DNA from: an uncultured Erysipelotrichaceae bacterium
GTDB taxonomy: Bacteria > Bacillota_I > Bacilli_A > RF39 > UBA660
Reading direction: 5' to 3'
NCBI GenBank assembly: GCA_902780585.1
Contig: CACZGA010000001.1
Span: 10,819-74,818 of the forward strand
Length of the DNA stretch: 64,000 bases
Below the pieces are notes generated by a model that saw only the letters and a list, made by a program, of their open reading frames with translations, searched no databases and was not told where the DNA came from. The translations under genes were made by a program, and so were the position numbers. Below, one piece after another: positions 19,038 through 27,697 of the stretch. Within the stretch, counting starts at the first letter, position 1. Every line of letters starts with the position of its first letter.

Positions 19038-19204
19038 TATATTTTACTATTGCTAAAAATGACTGTGGATATTTAATTGATAGTATTTCAGATTGTTATG
19101 AAGTACTTAAAGCTAAATTTCCAGATGAAAAAATATATAAATCAGATAAAGCTATAGTTAGTATTTATGTAATTAAAGATCAATTAGAAGAAATAAATGG
19201 CTAA
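19034..19204 (+). CDS. hypothetical protein
   Basis: The track ORF begins at TTG 19007. The in-frame ATG at 19034 makes an ATGA overlap with the sigma-factor stop. Confidence 0.45.
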   Translation: MIYFTIAKNDCGYLIDSISDCYEVLKAKFPDEKIYKSDKAIVSIYVIKDQLEEING

Positions 19205-19544
19205 AAAATCCACAATTACAAAAGCTACAATTAAAGGTCCAACTAAGGTACAACCTATTTGGCAAATAGGAATTCTTTTTCCAGATGGAAAAAAGATTTC
19301 TAAACCAAAATGTACTTTAAATGATATATTTGATACATATTTTATAGGACTAGATAAATATTTATCTAATAGTTTAACTGCTGAAGAATTATTAGATAAA
19401 TATAAAACCACATTCTCTAGTAAAGGAATTAAAGTACAAATAAATTATATAGATAGTTGGTCACATAAATGGACTGGAAAAATTGCTTGGCCTAGAGAAT
19501 CTAAATTTATTGAATATTTAAATAAAAGATTAAATGCGATTTAA
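19197..19544 (+). CDS. hypothetical basic protein
   Basis: ORF track entry. Confidence 0.55.
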   Translation: MAKKSTITKATIKGPTKVQPIWQIGILFPDGKKISKPKCTLNDIFDTYFIGLDKYLSNSLTAEELLDKYKTTFSSKGIKVQINYIDSWSHKWTGKIAWPRESKFIEYLNKRLNAI

Positions 19545-19785
19545 CGAAATTATTGAAAATCAGTTAGAAGTGGACGATGAAGTCATCGAAGATTATATAA
19601 GAACTCGTGATAAAGAAAATATTATTGAATATACAGTAGAAGATTTTATTCGATTCTTTACTACAGAATATTATGTTGAGGATTTTATAGAAATAAATGA
19701 TACTACATATACTTTAAAACAAAAAGATCTTTTAGAAGAAATAAATCGTGTAAAAGAACAAATTGGTATTAAAGATAATGACTGA
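19534..19785 (+). CDS. hypothetical acidic protein
   Basis: ORF track entry. Confidence 0.55.
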   Translation: MRFNEIIENQLEVDDEVIEDYIRTRDKENIIEYTVEDFIRFFTTEYYVEDFIEINDTTYTLKQKDLLEEINRVKEQIGIKDND

Positions 19786-20146
19786 ACAAGAATTTTTAGA
19801 AAAAAGAACACCTATCTGGTTAGAAGGAGAAGACTTACATATAAGTACTCCTAGTAATATGGATAAGAATGATATGCATGTATTTTTGTCCAAGAAATAT
19901 GGATATAATTGGATGTTTGCAATTCGTGGATATTACTGGCCAGGCAGTCATGTAATGCTTTATATAGGAGATTATGAATGTCCTAATTGTACTACACTAG
20001 TGGCTCCTTATATATTTAATTATTTTGATGATATTAAATATGTTGGATTTGGATGTAATAAAGGTAAACCAGGAGAAGTATGGGAACCTAAGATTATAAT
20101 AGTTCGTGATATGAATTGTTTGAAAGATGATATTAGAAGTATATGA
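19778..20146 (+). CDS. hypothetical protein
   Basis: The track ORF begins at TTG 19763; the in-frame ATG is at 19778. Confidence 0.5.
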   Translation: MTEQEFLEKRTPIWLEGEDLHISTPSNMDKNDMHVFLSKKYGYNWMFAIRGYYWPGSHVMLYIGDYECPNCTTLVAPYIFNYFDDIKYVGFGCNKGKPGEVWEPKIIIVRDMNCLKDDIRSI

Positions 20147-22055
20147 TTTAGAGTCGTTATCTAACTTATTTACTTATACTGGCTATCGTTCTAAAACTGA
20201 TACTTGGTATCAATATGTAATTTGCAAATGGCGTAATGATGCTAAAGAACTTTATGAACATCTAAAAGAAGAGAAATTTGCACTTTGTGGATTTAATAAT
20301 CTGGCTTACGATTATCCGTTATTACATCATTTTCTTAGACATTGGAAAGAAGAATATGAATATTATCACGGACAAGAATTAGCTCAAGCTTTGTATGCTA
20401 AATCACAATATCTTATAGAAGAATTATTCACAGAGATTAAGAAACCACTAATTCCTCAAATAGATTTGTATAAAATTTGGCATTATAACAATAAGGCTAG
20501 AATACAATCACTCAAAGGATTAGAAATACAAATGAGAATGGAGAATGTGGAAGAAATGCCTATTCATCATGCTCATTGGTGTCAAGAAGGAGACGAAGAA
20601 CAAATACTTGAGTATAATAAGAACGATGTACTTGCTACTTATAAATTTCTTTTAGTAACTTTAGGACAAACTGATTATCCTCTTTATAAAGGAAAGAACA
20701 AACTCCAATTAAGAAGTGATTTAAATAAAAAATTTCATGTAAATGTAACTAATATGGGTGATGTTCCAATGGGCGAAGAATTATTATTACAATTATATTC
20801 TAGAGCTACAGGACAAAATCCATATTATTTAAAGAAATCTGGAGGAACACCTAGAAATCTTATTTGTTTAAAAGATTGTATTCCATTTTGGTGTAATCTT
20901 AAAACTAAAGAGTTTAGTAAATTTTTAAATGAACTACAGAATACTTGTGTTACTGGAGAAAAAGGAGAATTTCAATTTAGTGTAGTATTCCATGAATTTA
21001 AGTTTGATTTTGGATTAGGTGGTAGTCATGGATCTATAAAACCAGGTGTATATGAAGAAAATGAAGATTGGATAATAGTAGATTATGATGTTTCATCACT
21101 ATATCCATCTGTAGCTAAATCTCTTCAACTTTATCCAGAACATTTAGGAATACAATTTATGAATCAATATGTAGGATTTATAGATACACGTATTGCTGAA
21201 AAACATAAACCTAAAGATACTCGTGATAATGTTTTAATTGAAGGATTTAAACTTATTGTAAATGGAGCTTATGGTAAATCTAATGAAGAAAAATCCTTTT
21301 TATATGATCCCTTATATACATTTAAAACTACTATTGCCGGACAGATATTTATTTGTATGTGGGCTGAACGATTAGTAGAAGCATCTCCAGAATTAACATT
21401 CTTACAAGCAAATACAGATGGAATTACTATTAGAATTCCTAAACATCGATTAGAAGCTATAAGAAAGGCTAATGAACAACTTACTAAAGAAACTACTCTT
21501 ATTATTGAAGAAGCCTTTTATAGTAAGATGTTCATCAGGGATGTCAATAATTATGGAGCTGTATATAAGGATTCTACTCCAGAACATGAACACATTAAAT
21601 TAAAAGGTGATTTTGAAGTAGATAAGGAGTTTCATAAAGATCCTTCTATGAGAATTGTTCCGTTAGCAGTTAAAAATTATTTTGTATATGGAATACCTGT
21701 TGAAGAAACTATTAAAAAAGATAGGGATATATTTAACTTCTGTATGCAATTAAAAACTAATTCATCAAGTAATGCTTTCTTTAGACATTTAATAGATGAA
21801 AATCTTGTTGATGAACAGTTACACAGAATGACTAGGTATTTAGTAACTAAAGGAAAAGATTCTGGAATTCTTTTAAAGAAATTTCAAGATGGTCGAATAA
21901 CTGGAGTAAATGTAGGATATTCAGTAACTTTATTTAATAAAGCTTATCATTTAGATAATTGGGATGATTATAAATTAGATTATCAGTTCTATATAACTGA
22001 AGCTAATAAATTAAAAAATCCATTAATTATGAAAGAATTAGATTTGTTTGGATAA
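20127..22055 (+). CDS. family B DNA polymerase with 3'-5' exonuclease domain
   Basis: Exo motifs VYDLES, NNLAYDYPLL and EYNKNDV. Pol motifs DYDVSSLYPS (DxxSLYPS), KLIVNGAYGK (KxxxNSxYG) and QANTDGI (motif C). Compact at 642 aa. Confidence 0.9.
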   Translation: MILEVYDLESLSNLFTYTGYRSKTDTWYQYVICKWRNDAKELYEHLKEEKFALCGFNNLAYDYPLLHHFLRHWKEEYEYYHGQELAQALYAKSQYLIEELFTEIKKPLIPQIDLYKIWHYNNKARIQSLKGLEIQMRMENVEEMPIHHAHWCQEGDEEQILEYNKNDVLATYKFLLVTLGQTDYPLYKGKNKLQLRSDLNKKFHVNVTNMGDVPMGEELLLQLYSRATGQNPYYLKKSGGTPRNLICLKDCIPFWCNLKTKEFSKFLNELQNTCVTGEKGEFQFSVVFHEFKFDFGLGGSHGSIKPGVYEENEDWIIVDYDVSSLYPSVAKSLQLYPEHLGIQFMNQYVGFIDTRIAEKHKPKDTRDNVLIEGFKLIVNGAYGKSNEEKSFLYDPLYTFKTTIAGQIFICMWAERLVEASPELTFLQANTDGITIRIPKHRLEAIRKANEQLTKETTLIIEEAFYSKMFIRDVNNYGAVYKDSTPEHEHIKLKGDFEVDKEFHKDPSMRIVPLAVKNYFVYGIPVEETIKKDRDIFNFCMQLKTNSSSNAFFRHLIDENLVDEQLHRMTRYLVTKGKDSGILLKKFQDGRITGVNVGYSVTLFNKAYHLDNWDDYKLDYQFYITEANKLKNPLIMKELDLFG

Positions 22056-22057
22056 AT

Positions 22058-22396
22058 ATGAAAATTAAAGATTTAATTGCTAAAACTCCTGAAGTATCGG
22101 AGGAAAAATTATTAGAATTTATTAATTCTAATAAACACTATTTAAGAAGTACTACATCTAGATCAGTATATTCTCGTAATAAAGAAGAAGATGATACACA
22201 TGCCATACTAAAAGAGTATGATAAGATACAAGAAAAAACATCTTATCTTTCAAAATCTCAAAGAGAAGAAATCTCAGGTTTTGTAGGATGGTGTATGATT
22301 CAAATGGTTAAAGCTGATGGAGAAAGCAGAAGTAACGATACCCTGGGAACTATACCAGAAATTGAAGAAATTAGGGATAATCCAGAATCCGAATGA
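22058..22396 (+). CDS. hypothetical protein
   Basis: ORF track entry. Confidence 0.5.
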   Translation: MKIKDLIAKTPEVSEEKLLEFINSNKHYLRSTTSRSVYSRNKEEDDTHAILKEYDKIQEKTSYLSKSQREEISGFVGWCMIQMVKADGESRSNDTLGTIPEIEEIRDNPESE

Positions 22397-22637
22397 TGAT
22401 ACTAGAAGCTTCAATGTTGGAGCTTCTGATTATTCTAAACATACAATTCAACCATGGAGTATATGGATTGATTACAATTTAAATGGGTTTGATGCAGATA
22501 TTATAAAACGAGTTCTTAGAACAAAAGATGGAGAACCTCGTAGTAAAGATTACGAAAAGATAATTCATATCTGTAAAGAAAGACTTCGTCAATTAGAAAA
22601 TGAAAATAGAAATTCAGAGAGTAACCTCTTGGACTGA
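22317..22637 (+). CDS. DUF3310-like protein
   Basis: GASDYSKHTIQPWSIWIDYNL...DADIIKRVLR...DYEKIIHICKERL fits the DUF3310 pattern as I remember it. Has an unusual 80-nt overlap with the upstream ORF. Confidence 0.5.
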   Translation: MEKAEVTIPWELYQKLKKLGIIQNPNDDTRSFNVGASDYSKHTIQPWSIWIDYNLNGFDADIIKRVLRTKDGEPRSKDYEKIIHICKERLRQLENENRNSESNLLD

Positions 22638-23157
22638 TGTATTAAATGCAGCAAGATTTACTCAAAGACTTCCTTTAAAAAGTGGAGAACCTTCGATAAA
22701 ATGGAAGAAAAAAATTATTAAAGCAGAGCATTCTCCTTTAAGATGTTTAATGTTTAATATAGATTTTTATGACATACCCTATTATGTGTCAGTTCATCTT
22801 GTTCGTCATGTTCATGCTCAGCCTTTTGTTAGTACAAGTCGTCCTGATATTGATGGACATCAACAACCTAGAGAGGAACAGCACAAGACAGATCCAGTAA
22901 ATATGAGATTATTTCTTAATGCTCAAGAAATAATTAATATTAGTAAAGTAAGACTTTGTAATAAAGCAGAAAAAGAAACACAAAAAGTTTGGGTTAGAGC
23001 TATATATGAATTATCAAAGATAGAACCTGAACTAGCATGGGCATGTCAACCTAGTTGTATATATAGAGGACATTGTCCAGAGTTTAAATCATGTGGATTT
23101 TCAGATGGAGAGTTATTCCCTTTAAAAGTAAACGATTATATTAACAATTTAAATTAA
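22600..23157 (+). CDS. divergent ThyX-like (flavin-dependent thymidylate synthase fold) protein
   Basis: AEHSPLRCLMFNIDFYDIPYYVSVHLVRHVHAQPFVSTSRPD parallels the ThyX core (HxSxxEH ... RHRxxSxxxxSxRY). However, RHR is RHV and SQRY is TSRP, and the protein is only 185 aa. Confidence 0.5.
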   Translation: MKIEIQRVTSWTDVLNAARFTQRLPLKSGEPSIKWKKKIIKAEHSPLRCLMFNIDFYDIPYYVSVHLVRHVHAQPFVSTSRPDIDGHQQPREEQHKTDPVNMRLFLNAQEIINISKVRLCNKAEKETQKVWVRAIYELSKIEPELAWACQPSCIYRGHCPEFKSCGFSDGELFPLKVNDYINNLN

Positions 23158-23163
23158 ATTATT

Positions 23164-23307
23164 ATGACTAAAGAATTTCCTTGTACTTGTAAGAGTGATT
23201 TCCAAGATGAACGCTATGGAAAAGGTATTAGACTTTTTAATGAAAGAATGGCTGGTACCAAAAATAATGGATGGCGTTGTACTGTATGTGGTAAAGAAAT
23301 AAAATAA
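23164..23307 (+). CDS. 47-aa zinc-ribbon-like protein
   Basis: CTC ... CTVCG cysteine pairs; ATG 23164 to TAA 23305-23307. Confidence 0.4.
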   Translation: MTKEFPCTCKSDFQDERYGKGIRLFNERMAGTKNNGWRCTVCGKEIK

Positions 23308-23308
23308 T

Positions 23309-23440
23309 ATGCATTATAGTAATTGTTATAGATGTGGATGGTTTCGTGAGATAGAAAGATCTGACGGAACCATCCGTAATTATTGTAACGATAGAGATTG
23401 TACTGTAGATCCTTATGATCCTGAATGTAATTATAATTAA
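23309..23440 (+). CDS. 43-aa Cys-rich protein
   Basis: CYRCG ... CNDRDC ... EC; ATG 23309 to TAA 23438-23440. Confidence 0.4.
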   Translation: MHYSNCYRCGWFREIERSDGTIRNYCNDRDCTVDPYDPECNYN

Positions 23441-23442
23441 TT

Positions 23443-23646
23443 ATGAAAATTAGAGTTCAAAGAAAAGTAGAGGTGTGGGTAGAGGATATTTATCATATAG
23501 ATGATGAATCTCAAATAGAAGATGCCATAAATTACGATATTGATTCTGATGATTCAGATACTTTATGGGAAACTCAAATAGACTTAGGTCCTGTTAAAGT
23601 ATATGATGAAGACTGGAACACTTTATATAGTAATGTAAATGAATAA
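23443..23646 (+). CDS. hypothetical acidic protein
   Basis: ORF track entry. Confidence 0.5.
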   Translation: MKIRVQRKVEVWVEDIYHIDDESQIEDAINYDIDSDDSDTLWETQIDLGPVKVYDEDWNTLYSNVNE

Positions 23647-23956
23647 ATATATTAAAACAGATATTGAACAAGGAATAACATTCCTTAAAATAGCTATTAA
23701 TAATGCTCTTGCTAACTTAGAGACTGGAGAAGAAAAGGAAATCAAATTTGAATATCCGATTCCGTTACAATTAATAATCAATTGTGCTAAAGAAAGAGGA
23801 TGGACTGAAGATTCAAATATGAATTCTGATTGGACTAATGGTTGGCAAATAGATTATTGGTATAGTATGATTCATCCTAATAGATCAGATTATTTAAGTA
23901 TTGATGGATCTTTACTAGACGGAAACACTTCTTTAAGAATAATAAATGATTATTAA
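23639..23956 (+). CDS. hypothetical protein
   Basis: ORF track entry. Confidence 0.55.
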   Translation: MNKYIKTDIEQGITFLKIAINNALANLETGEEKEIKFEYPIPLQLIINCAKERGWTEDSNMNSDWTNGWQIDYWYSMIHPNRSDYLSIDGSLLDGNTSLRIINDY

Positions 23957-24131
23957 TGTTAATATATCCGAATGTTTAAGCTCAACAAAGAAAATTGAAG
24001 TTCCTGATGATTATGAATATGATCCAGTTACTTTAAAAAACTATGTTGAAGAACAAATTATGTTGCCTCACGATATTTTACGTGAGTATAATTATTATGG
24101 ATGGTATGTTGATGATTTTTGTGTATTATGA
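23946..24131 (+). CDS. hypothetical protein
   Basis: ORF track entry. Confidence 0.45.
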   Translation: MIINVNISECLSSTKKIEVPDDYEYDPVTLKNYVEEQIMLPHDILREYNYYGWYVDDFCVL

Positions 24132-24454
24132 CTAAAGAAATTTGGATACAATATAAGGGAAAATACATAAAGAATCCATCTAAATGGATAATGTTTAAAT
24201 GGAATCTAAGGAATTGGTTTACTAAATGGAAAATAGTTGACAAAACTTGTTATAAATTAGTTCGTATTGATGAATTAGACAGATGGTTTTCCTTATCTTC
24301 TAAAGAATATAAAGAAGCTGATCGTCTTTATAAAGAAGAACATAGAACTCTTTCATATGAATTTTATCCTTGTGCTGGAATAGGATGGGGAATAAGAGTA
24401 CATGATTTGGATACTAAAGAAATTTTTGATATAACAAGTTATGATAATTGGTAG
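24119..24454 (+). CDS. hypothetical protein
   Basis: ORF track entry. Ends at TAG 24452-24454, with a backup TAA at 24458-24460. Confidence 0.5.
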   Translation: MCIMTKEIWIQYKGKYIKNPSKWIMFKWNLRNWFTKWKIVDKTCYKLVRIDELDRWFSLSSKEYKEADRLYKEEHRTLSYEFYPCAGIGWGIRVHDLDTKEIFDITSYDNW

Positions 24455-25022
24455 TCATAATTCATGGAGTTATTTACCTCCTAAAAAATTTTGGATGAAA
24501 CTCATAAAATTTACTGCTAAATGTCAATCGTTAAACATTAAAGAACAGTATAAATTAGGAGTAAGATGTTTTGATCTAAGAGTAAGATTTAACAAGGATA
24601 AAATTGCTAAAATTTATCACGGAATAATTGAATATAATTATTCTCCTATAGAATTGTATGAAGATTTATCTTGGTTAAATAAACAATCTGATAAAGTATA
24701 TATAAGAATACTACACGAAATTAGAAACAAGAAAAATTATACTATAGATTCAATAAATAGTTTTATCGATTTTATAGAATTAGTTAAATTTCGCTTTCCA
24801 AAATTAATTTTTTGGTGTGGTAGAAATCTTTATAACTGGGAGAAAGATTATGATTTTGGAGAAGATCCTACTTGTGATGAAAAATATGCAAGTGTATGTT
24901 CCCCAAAATTAATTGATGATTGGATTCCATGGTGGTTTGCTTTTAGAAATAATAAGAAAATAGTTAAAGAAGGAACTGATAAAGATATATTGTTAATAGA
25001 TTTTGTAGAATATGTACATTGA
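24441..25022 (+). CDS. PI-PLC X-domain-like phosphodiesterase
   Basis: IIGSHNSWSY (catalytic His context), GVRCFDLRV and KIYHGIIEY (second His) follow the bacterial PI-PLC X-box order. Confidence 0.5.
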   Translation: MIIGSHNSWSYLPPKKFWMKLIKFTAKCQSLNIKEQYKLGVRCFDLRVRFNKDKIAKIYHGIIEYNYSPIELYEDLSWLNKQSDKVYIRILHEIRNKKNYTIDSINSFIDFIELVKFRFPKLIFWCGRNLYNWEKDYDFGEDPTCDEKYASVCSPKLIDDWIPWWFAFRNNKKIVKEGTDKDILLIDFVEYVH

Positions 25023-25467
25023 TGATTTAATTAAAAAAGCTACTCTTGAAAAGAATAGTGCTAAAAAAGAAGCATATCGTGCTATTAAAGCTGAACTCTT
25101 ATTAAATAATTCATCTAAGAATCCCAAACCGATGGGAAAAATGATTAATGTTGGAGATAGCACTTTATGTGAATTAGAGATTTCTATTATTAAAAAACAA
25201 ATTCAAATAAGAGAAGAACAAGTATCTATGTATGAAGCTAATTCTAGAAAGGATTTAGCTGATATGTATAGAGAACAAATGAAATATCTTAAGGAACTTC
25301 TTCCTCCAGAAATTTCTAAAGATAAAATTCAAGAGGCTGTTGTTACTGCCTATCCTAATGGATTTACTCAAAAAGAAATGGGTAAAGTAATTAAAGAAAT
25401 TAAAGCTATTTATCCTACAGCCGATGGAAAGATTATTTCAGAAATTGTAAAAGAATATATTGTATGA
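25012..25467 (+). CDS. YqeY / GatB C-terminal-domain family protein
   Basis: RKDLADMYREQMKYLKELLPPEISKDKIQEAV and KEMGKVIKEIKAIYPTADGKIISEIVKEYI parallel the YqeY signatures (R.dLa...E...l..yLP..ls.eEi ; dMGkvM......aDGk.vs..Vk..L). Confidence 0.75.
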   Translation: MYIDDLIKKATLEKNSAKKEAYRAIKAELLLNNSSKNPKPMGKMINVGDSTLCELEISIIKKQIQIREEQVSMYEANSRKDLADMYREQMKYLKELLPPEISKDKIQEAVVTAYPNGFTQKEMGKVIKEIKAIYPTADGKIISEIVKEYIV

Positions 25468-25661
25468 ATCTTGTTTATAGTTGTCTAAGTAATATTTGTG
25501 TAGCTATATTATTTGTATTAGCTACAAAAATTGGAGAACATGATATAGTTTATGGAGTTATTGCATATGTTGTAGCATTCATATGTTTAGACCTACATTC
25601 CTATATAGATAAAAAACTTAATTATCCTAATAATATATTCATTAATTCTCAAACAAAATGA
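25464..25661 (+). CDS. small two-TM membrane protein
   Basis: Hydrophobic stretches NICVAILFVLATKI and GVIAYVVAFICL. Confidence 0.5.
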   Translation: MNLVYSCLSNICVAILFVLATKIGEHDIVYGVIAYVVAFICLDLHSYIDKKLNYPNNIFINSQTK

Positions 25662-26230
25662 TTACTTTAGTTATTGTACATGCTCAAAATGACTTTATTA
25701 CGGGAACTATGTGTGTTAAAAATGCAAGAAACGTAATAGAAGAAATTAAAAAATTTATTAAAAATCATCAAAAAGAAATTGACAAAATTATTTTTGTTGT
25801 AGACTGGCATCCATACAATCATTGTTCATTTAAAAAGTATGGCGGAGAATATCAATATCATTGTATTCAGTATACTCCAGGAGCATGTATTGAACCTAAA
25901 CTTTTAAAGTATGTTCAGTCTCTAGAACTTGATTATGAAGTAAGTAGGATTGGGGAAATAGAGGAAGTATCCGAATTAGGTGCATTTAATGAAATTGAAT
26001 TTGTACAAGATGCTCTTGGAAGCAGATATTATTTTGATAGTATTGCTACAGCTGATGCAAATACAGATTTTGTAATATGTGGAGTATCAAATTCAGTTAC
26101 TTCTACTATAACTAATATGTTAAAGGAGAATTTAGTTCCAAAGGTGTTTATGCCTGGAATTATATCTAATGATGGATGTAGAATATTTAGTGAATTTGTT
26201 AAAGAAAGACAATTAGAAAAAACAACATGA
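25658..26230 (+). CDS. isochorismatase-family protein, nicotinamidase (PncA)-like, with catalytic residues apparently substituted
   Basis: IVHAQNDF, VVDWHPYNHCSF and YHCIQYTPGA match the PncA metal-binding and core motifs. By eye alignment, the catalytic Asp position reads His (VH) and the GxxxDxC Cys position reads CGVSNSVTS. Confidence 0.6.
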   Translation: MITLVIVHAQNDFITGTMCVKNARNVIEEIKKFIKNHQKEIDKIIFVVDWHPYNHCSFKKYGGEYQYHCIQYTPGACIEPKLLKYVQSLELDYEVSRIGEIEEVSELGAFNEIEFVQDALGSRYYFDSIATADANTDFVICGVSNSVTSTITNMLKENLVPKVFMPGIISNDGCRIFSEFVKERQLEKTT

Positions 26231-26724
26231 ACTCTAAATTGAAGAATAAATTGTCTAAAAAAAGTCGTTTAAATAAAATTAAACAGCAACTTTGTAATAG
26301 AATAAATCAATGTAAATCTTTAAAAGAACTCGAAGGATGGAAGAGAACTTTCTCTTACCATCCAGTTCTTAAAGATGATCAAGATTGGGATTATGATTTC
26401 TTTTTTGATTTAATTGAATTTAAATTAAAAAGAATGAAAGAATACTTTCATACTCATAATATTGTTGTTGATGAATATATCTATGGAGATATTTGTAATA
26501 AATTAGTAAATATTCTTAATGCAGGATATAGGACTGATATTATTTTGGATGAAGATCTGATAACTAAAGTAAATGATAGAAATAAGAACAGATTTCTTAA
26601 TGAATATGAAATAAATTTCATATCTAAATGTCCTAAATATTATTATGCTACTATAAGAGAAGCTAAAGCTAAATCTTTATTTTGGAAATATTTACAACAC
26701 AAGATTGAATGGTTATGGGATTAA
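26227..26724 (+). CDS. hypothetical protein
   Basis: ORF track entry. Confidence 0.55.
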   Translation: MNSKLKNKLSKKSRLNKIKQQLCNRINQCKSLKELEGWKRTFSYHPVLKDDQDWDYDFFFDLIEFKLKRMKEYFHTHNIVVDEYIYGDICNKLVNILNAGYRTDIILDEDLITKVNDRNKNRFLNEYEINFISKCPKYYYATIREAKAKSLFWKYLQHKIEWLWD

Positions 26725-26736
26725 ATTTTACTATGT

Positions 26737-26865
26737 ATGAGAACAATAACTTGTCCTAAGTGTATGAATCACTTCTCTGTGACCATTTCTGATGCAATAG
26801 ATGAACACGGAGAAGTTTATATTTGTCCACATTGTGGATGGAAATTAAGATATGTCGAAGAATGA
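26737..26865 (+). CDS. 42-aa zinc-ribbon protein
   Basis: CPKC ... CPHCG; ATG 26737 to TGA 26863-26865. Confidence 0.45.
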   Translation: MRTITCPKCMNHFSVTISDAIDEHGEVYICPHCGWKLRYVEE

Positions 26866-26998
26866 AGAACAAGAATTATTATCATTAGTAAAGGATAATA
26901 ATAAAATGCTCAAAGATATTTGGATTATTTTAAATAATCCAAATAATGATATTAAAGATTTTATAATGAATGTAATTGCTAATCAATTTGGAAGATGA
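26852..26998 (+). CDS. small hypothetical protein (48 aa)
   Basis: ATG 26852 to TGA 26996-26998, translated by hand. Confidence 0.35.
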   Translation: MSKNEEQELLSLVKDNNKMLKDIWIILNNPNNDIKDFIMNVIANQFGR

Positions 26999-27120
26999 AT
27001 CCAACAGATGAAGAAATTGAGAAAGTTTTAAAATTAGCTAAAGAATATTCTAGATTGAATGTTCCATTTCAACAAAGAGTTAATATGTTTGATTATATTA
27101 GAGAAAAGTGGAATGAATGA
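26995..27120 (+). CDS. small hypothetical protein (41 aa)
   Basis: ATGA overlap at 26995; runs to TGA 27118-27120. Confidence 0.35.
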   Translation: MNPTDEEIEKVLKLAKEYSRLNVPFQQRVNMFDYIREKWNE

Positions 27121-27394
27121 TTTTGAAAAAAGATTATATAAACATTGGATATATACTTCTAACTTATACAATATAGTTCAAGATTTAATAAATGATTTAT
27201 TTGAAAGAGGATTTAGCTGTCATTGTGATAATTATAAATCTGGACAATATATTTCTGTAATAATTAATAATTATGATGAAACATTTGAAGAAGTTCTTGA
27301 ATTTCTTTTAGAAGAATATGATCCAAATTATTATGGTAGTTTAGGATATGTTATTGAAGAAGATGATAAAATAAGCTTTTATATTAAAATATGA
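27113..27394 (+). CDS. hypothetical protein
   Basis: The track ORF 27059-27394 overlaps the previous small ORF. The in-frame ATG at 27113 gives a compact arrangement. Confidence 0.5.
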   Translation: MNDFEKRLYKHWIYTSNLYNIVQDLINDLFERGFSCHCDNYKSGQYISVIINNYDETFEEVLEFLLEEYDPNYYGSLGYVIEEDDKISFYIKI

Positions 27395-27516
27395 CAGGAT
27401 ATGAAGAATTTCAGCAAATAATGGCTGAATTAAATAGAAAGAAAAAAATTTCTGAGGGAGAATTTGGTTTGCCTTCAGGATTTGAGGAACTTTTTAATGG
27501 ATTAACAAATGATTAA
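27391..27516 (+). CDS. small hypothetical protein (41 aa)
   Basis: ATGA overlap at 27391; runs to TAA 27514-27516. Confidence 0.35.
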   Translation: MTGYEEFQQIMAELNRKKKISEGEFGLPSGFEELFNGLTND

Positions 27517-27697
27517 AGTATTAGAACACGGTATAAGAAAGATTACTTGTCCACATTGCAAAGCTAAATTACAATATGAACAAGAAGATATTCGAGAAGC
27601 AATTAAACCAGCAATACTTGGAGAAGATGAAATTTATAAATTCATAACTTGTCCAGATTGTGAAAATGAAATTATTTTAACTCCTATTAAAAAATGA
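27509..27697 (+). CDS. 62-aa zinc-ribbon protein
   Basis: CPHCKA ... CPDCEN. Confidence 0.5.
   Translation: MIKVLEHGIRKITCPHCKAKLQYEQEDIREAIKPAILGEDEIYKFITCPDCENEIILTPIKK

Noticed and set aside
22317-22396. Programmed frameshift joining 22058-22396 and 22317-22637 (80-nt overlap)
   Set aside because: I found no slippery heptamer or downstream structure. The overlap may only reflect an uncertain start for the DUF3310-like gene.
507-24243. Minus-strand ORFs inside the plus-strand module (507-695, 8857-9054, 10002-10187, 10927-11109, 11491-11718, 11881-12072, 13283-13585, 13582-13869, 16410-16706, 16932-17141, 18040-18222, 19184-19411, 24058-24243), plus the out-of-frame plus ORF 12434-12637 inside nrdD
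   Set aside because: All lie entirely within confidently called genes on the other strand or in another frame. Their composition is typical of antisense AT-rich sequence.
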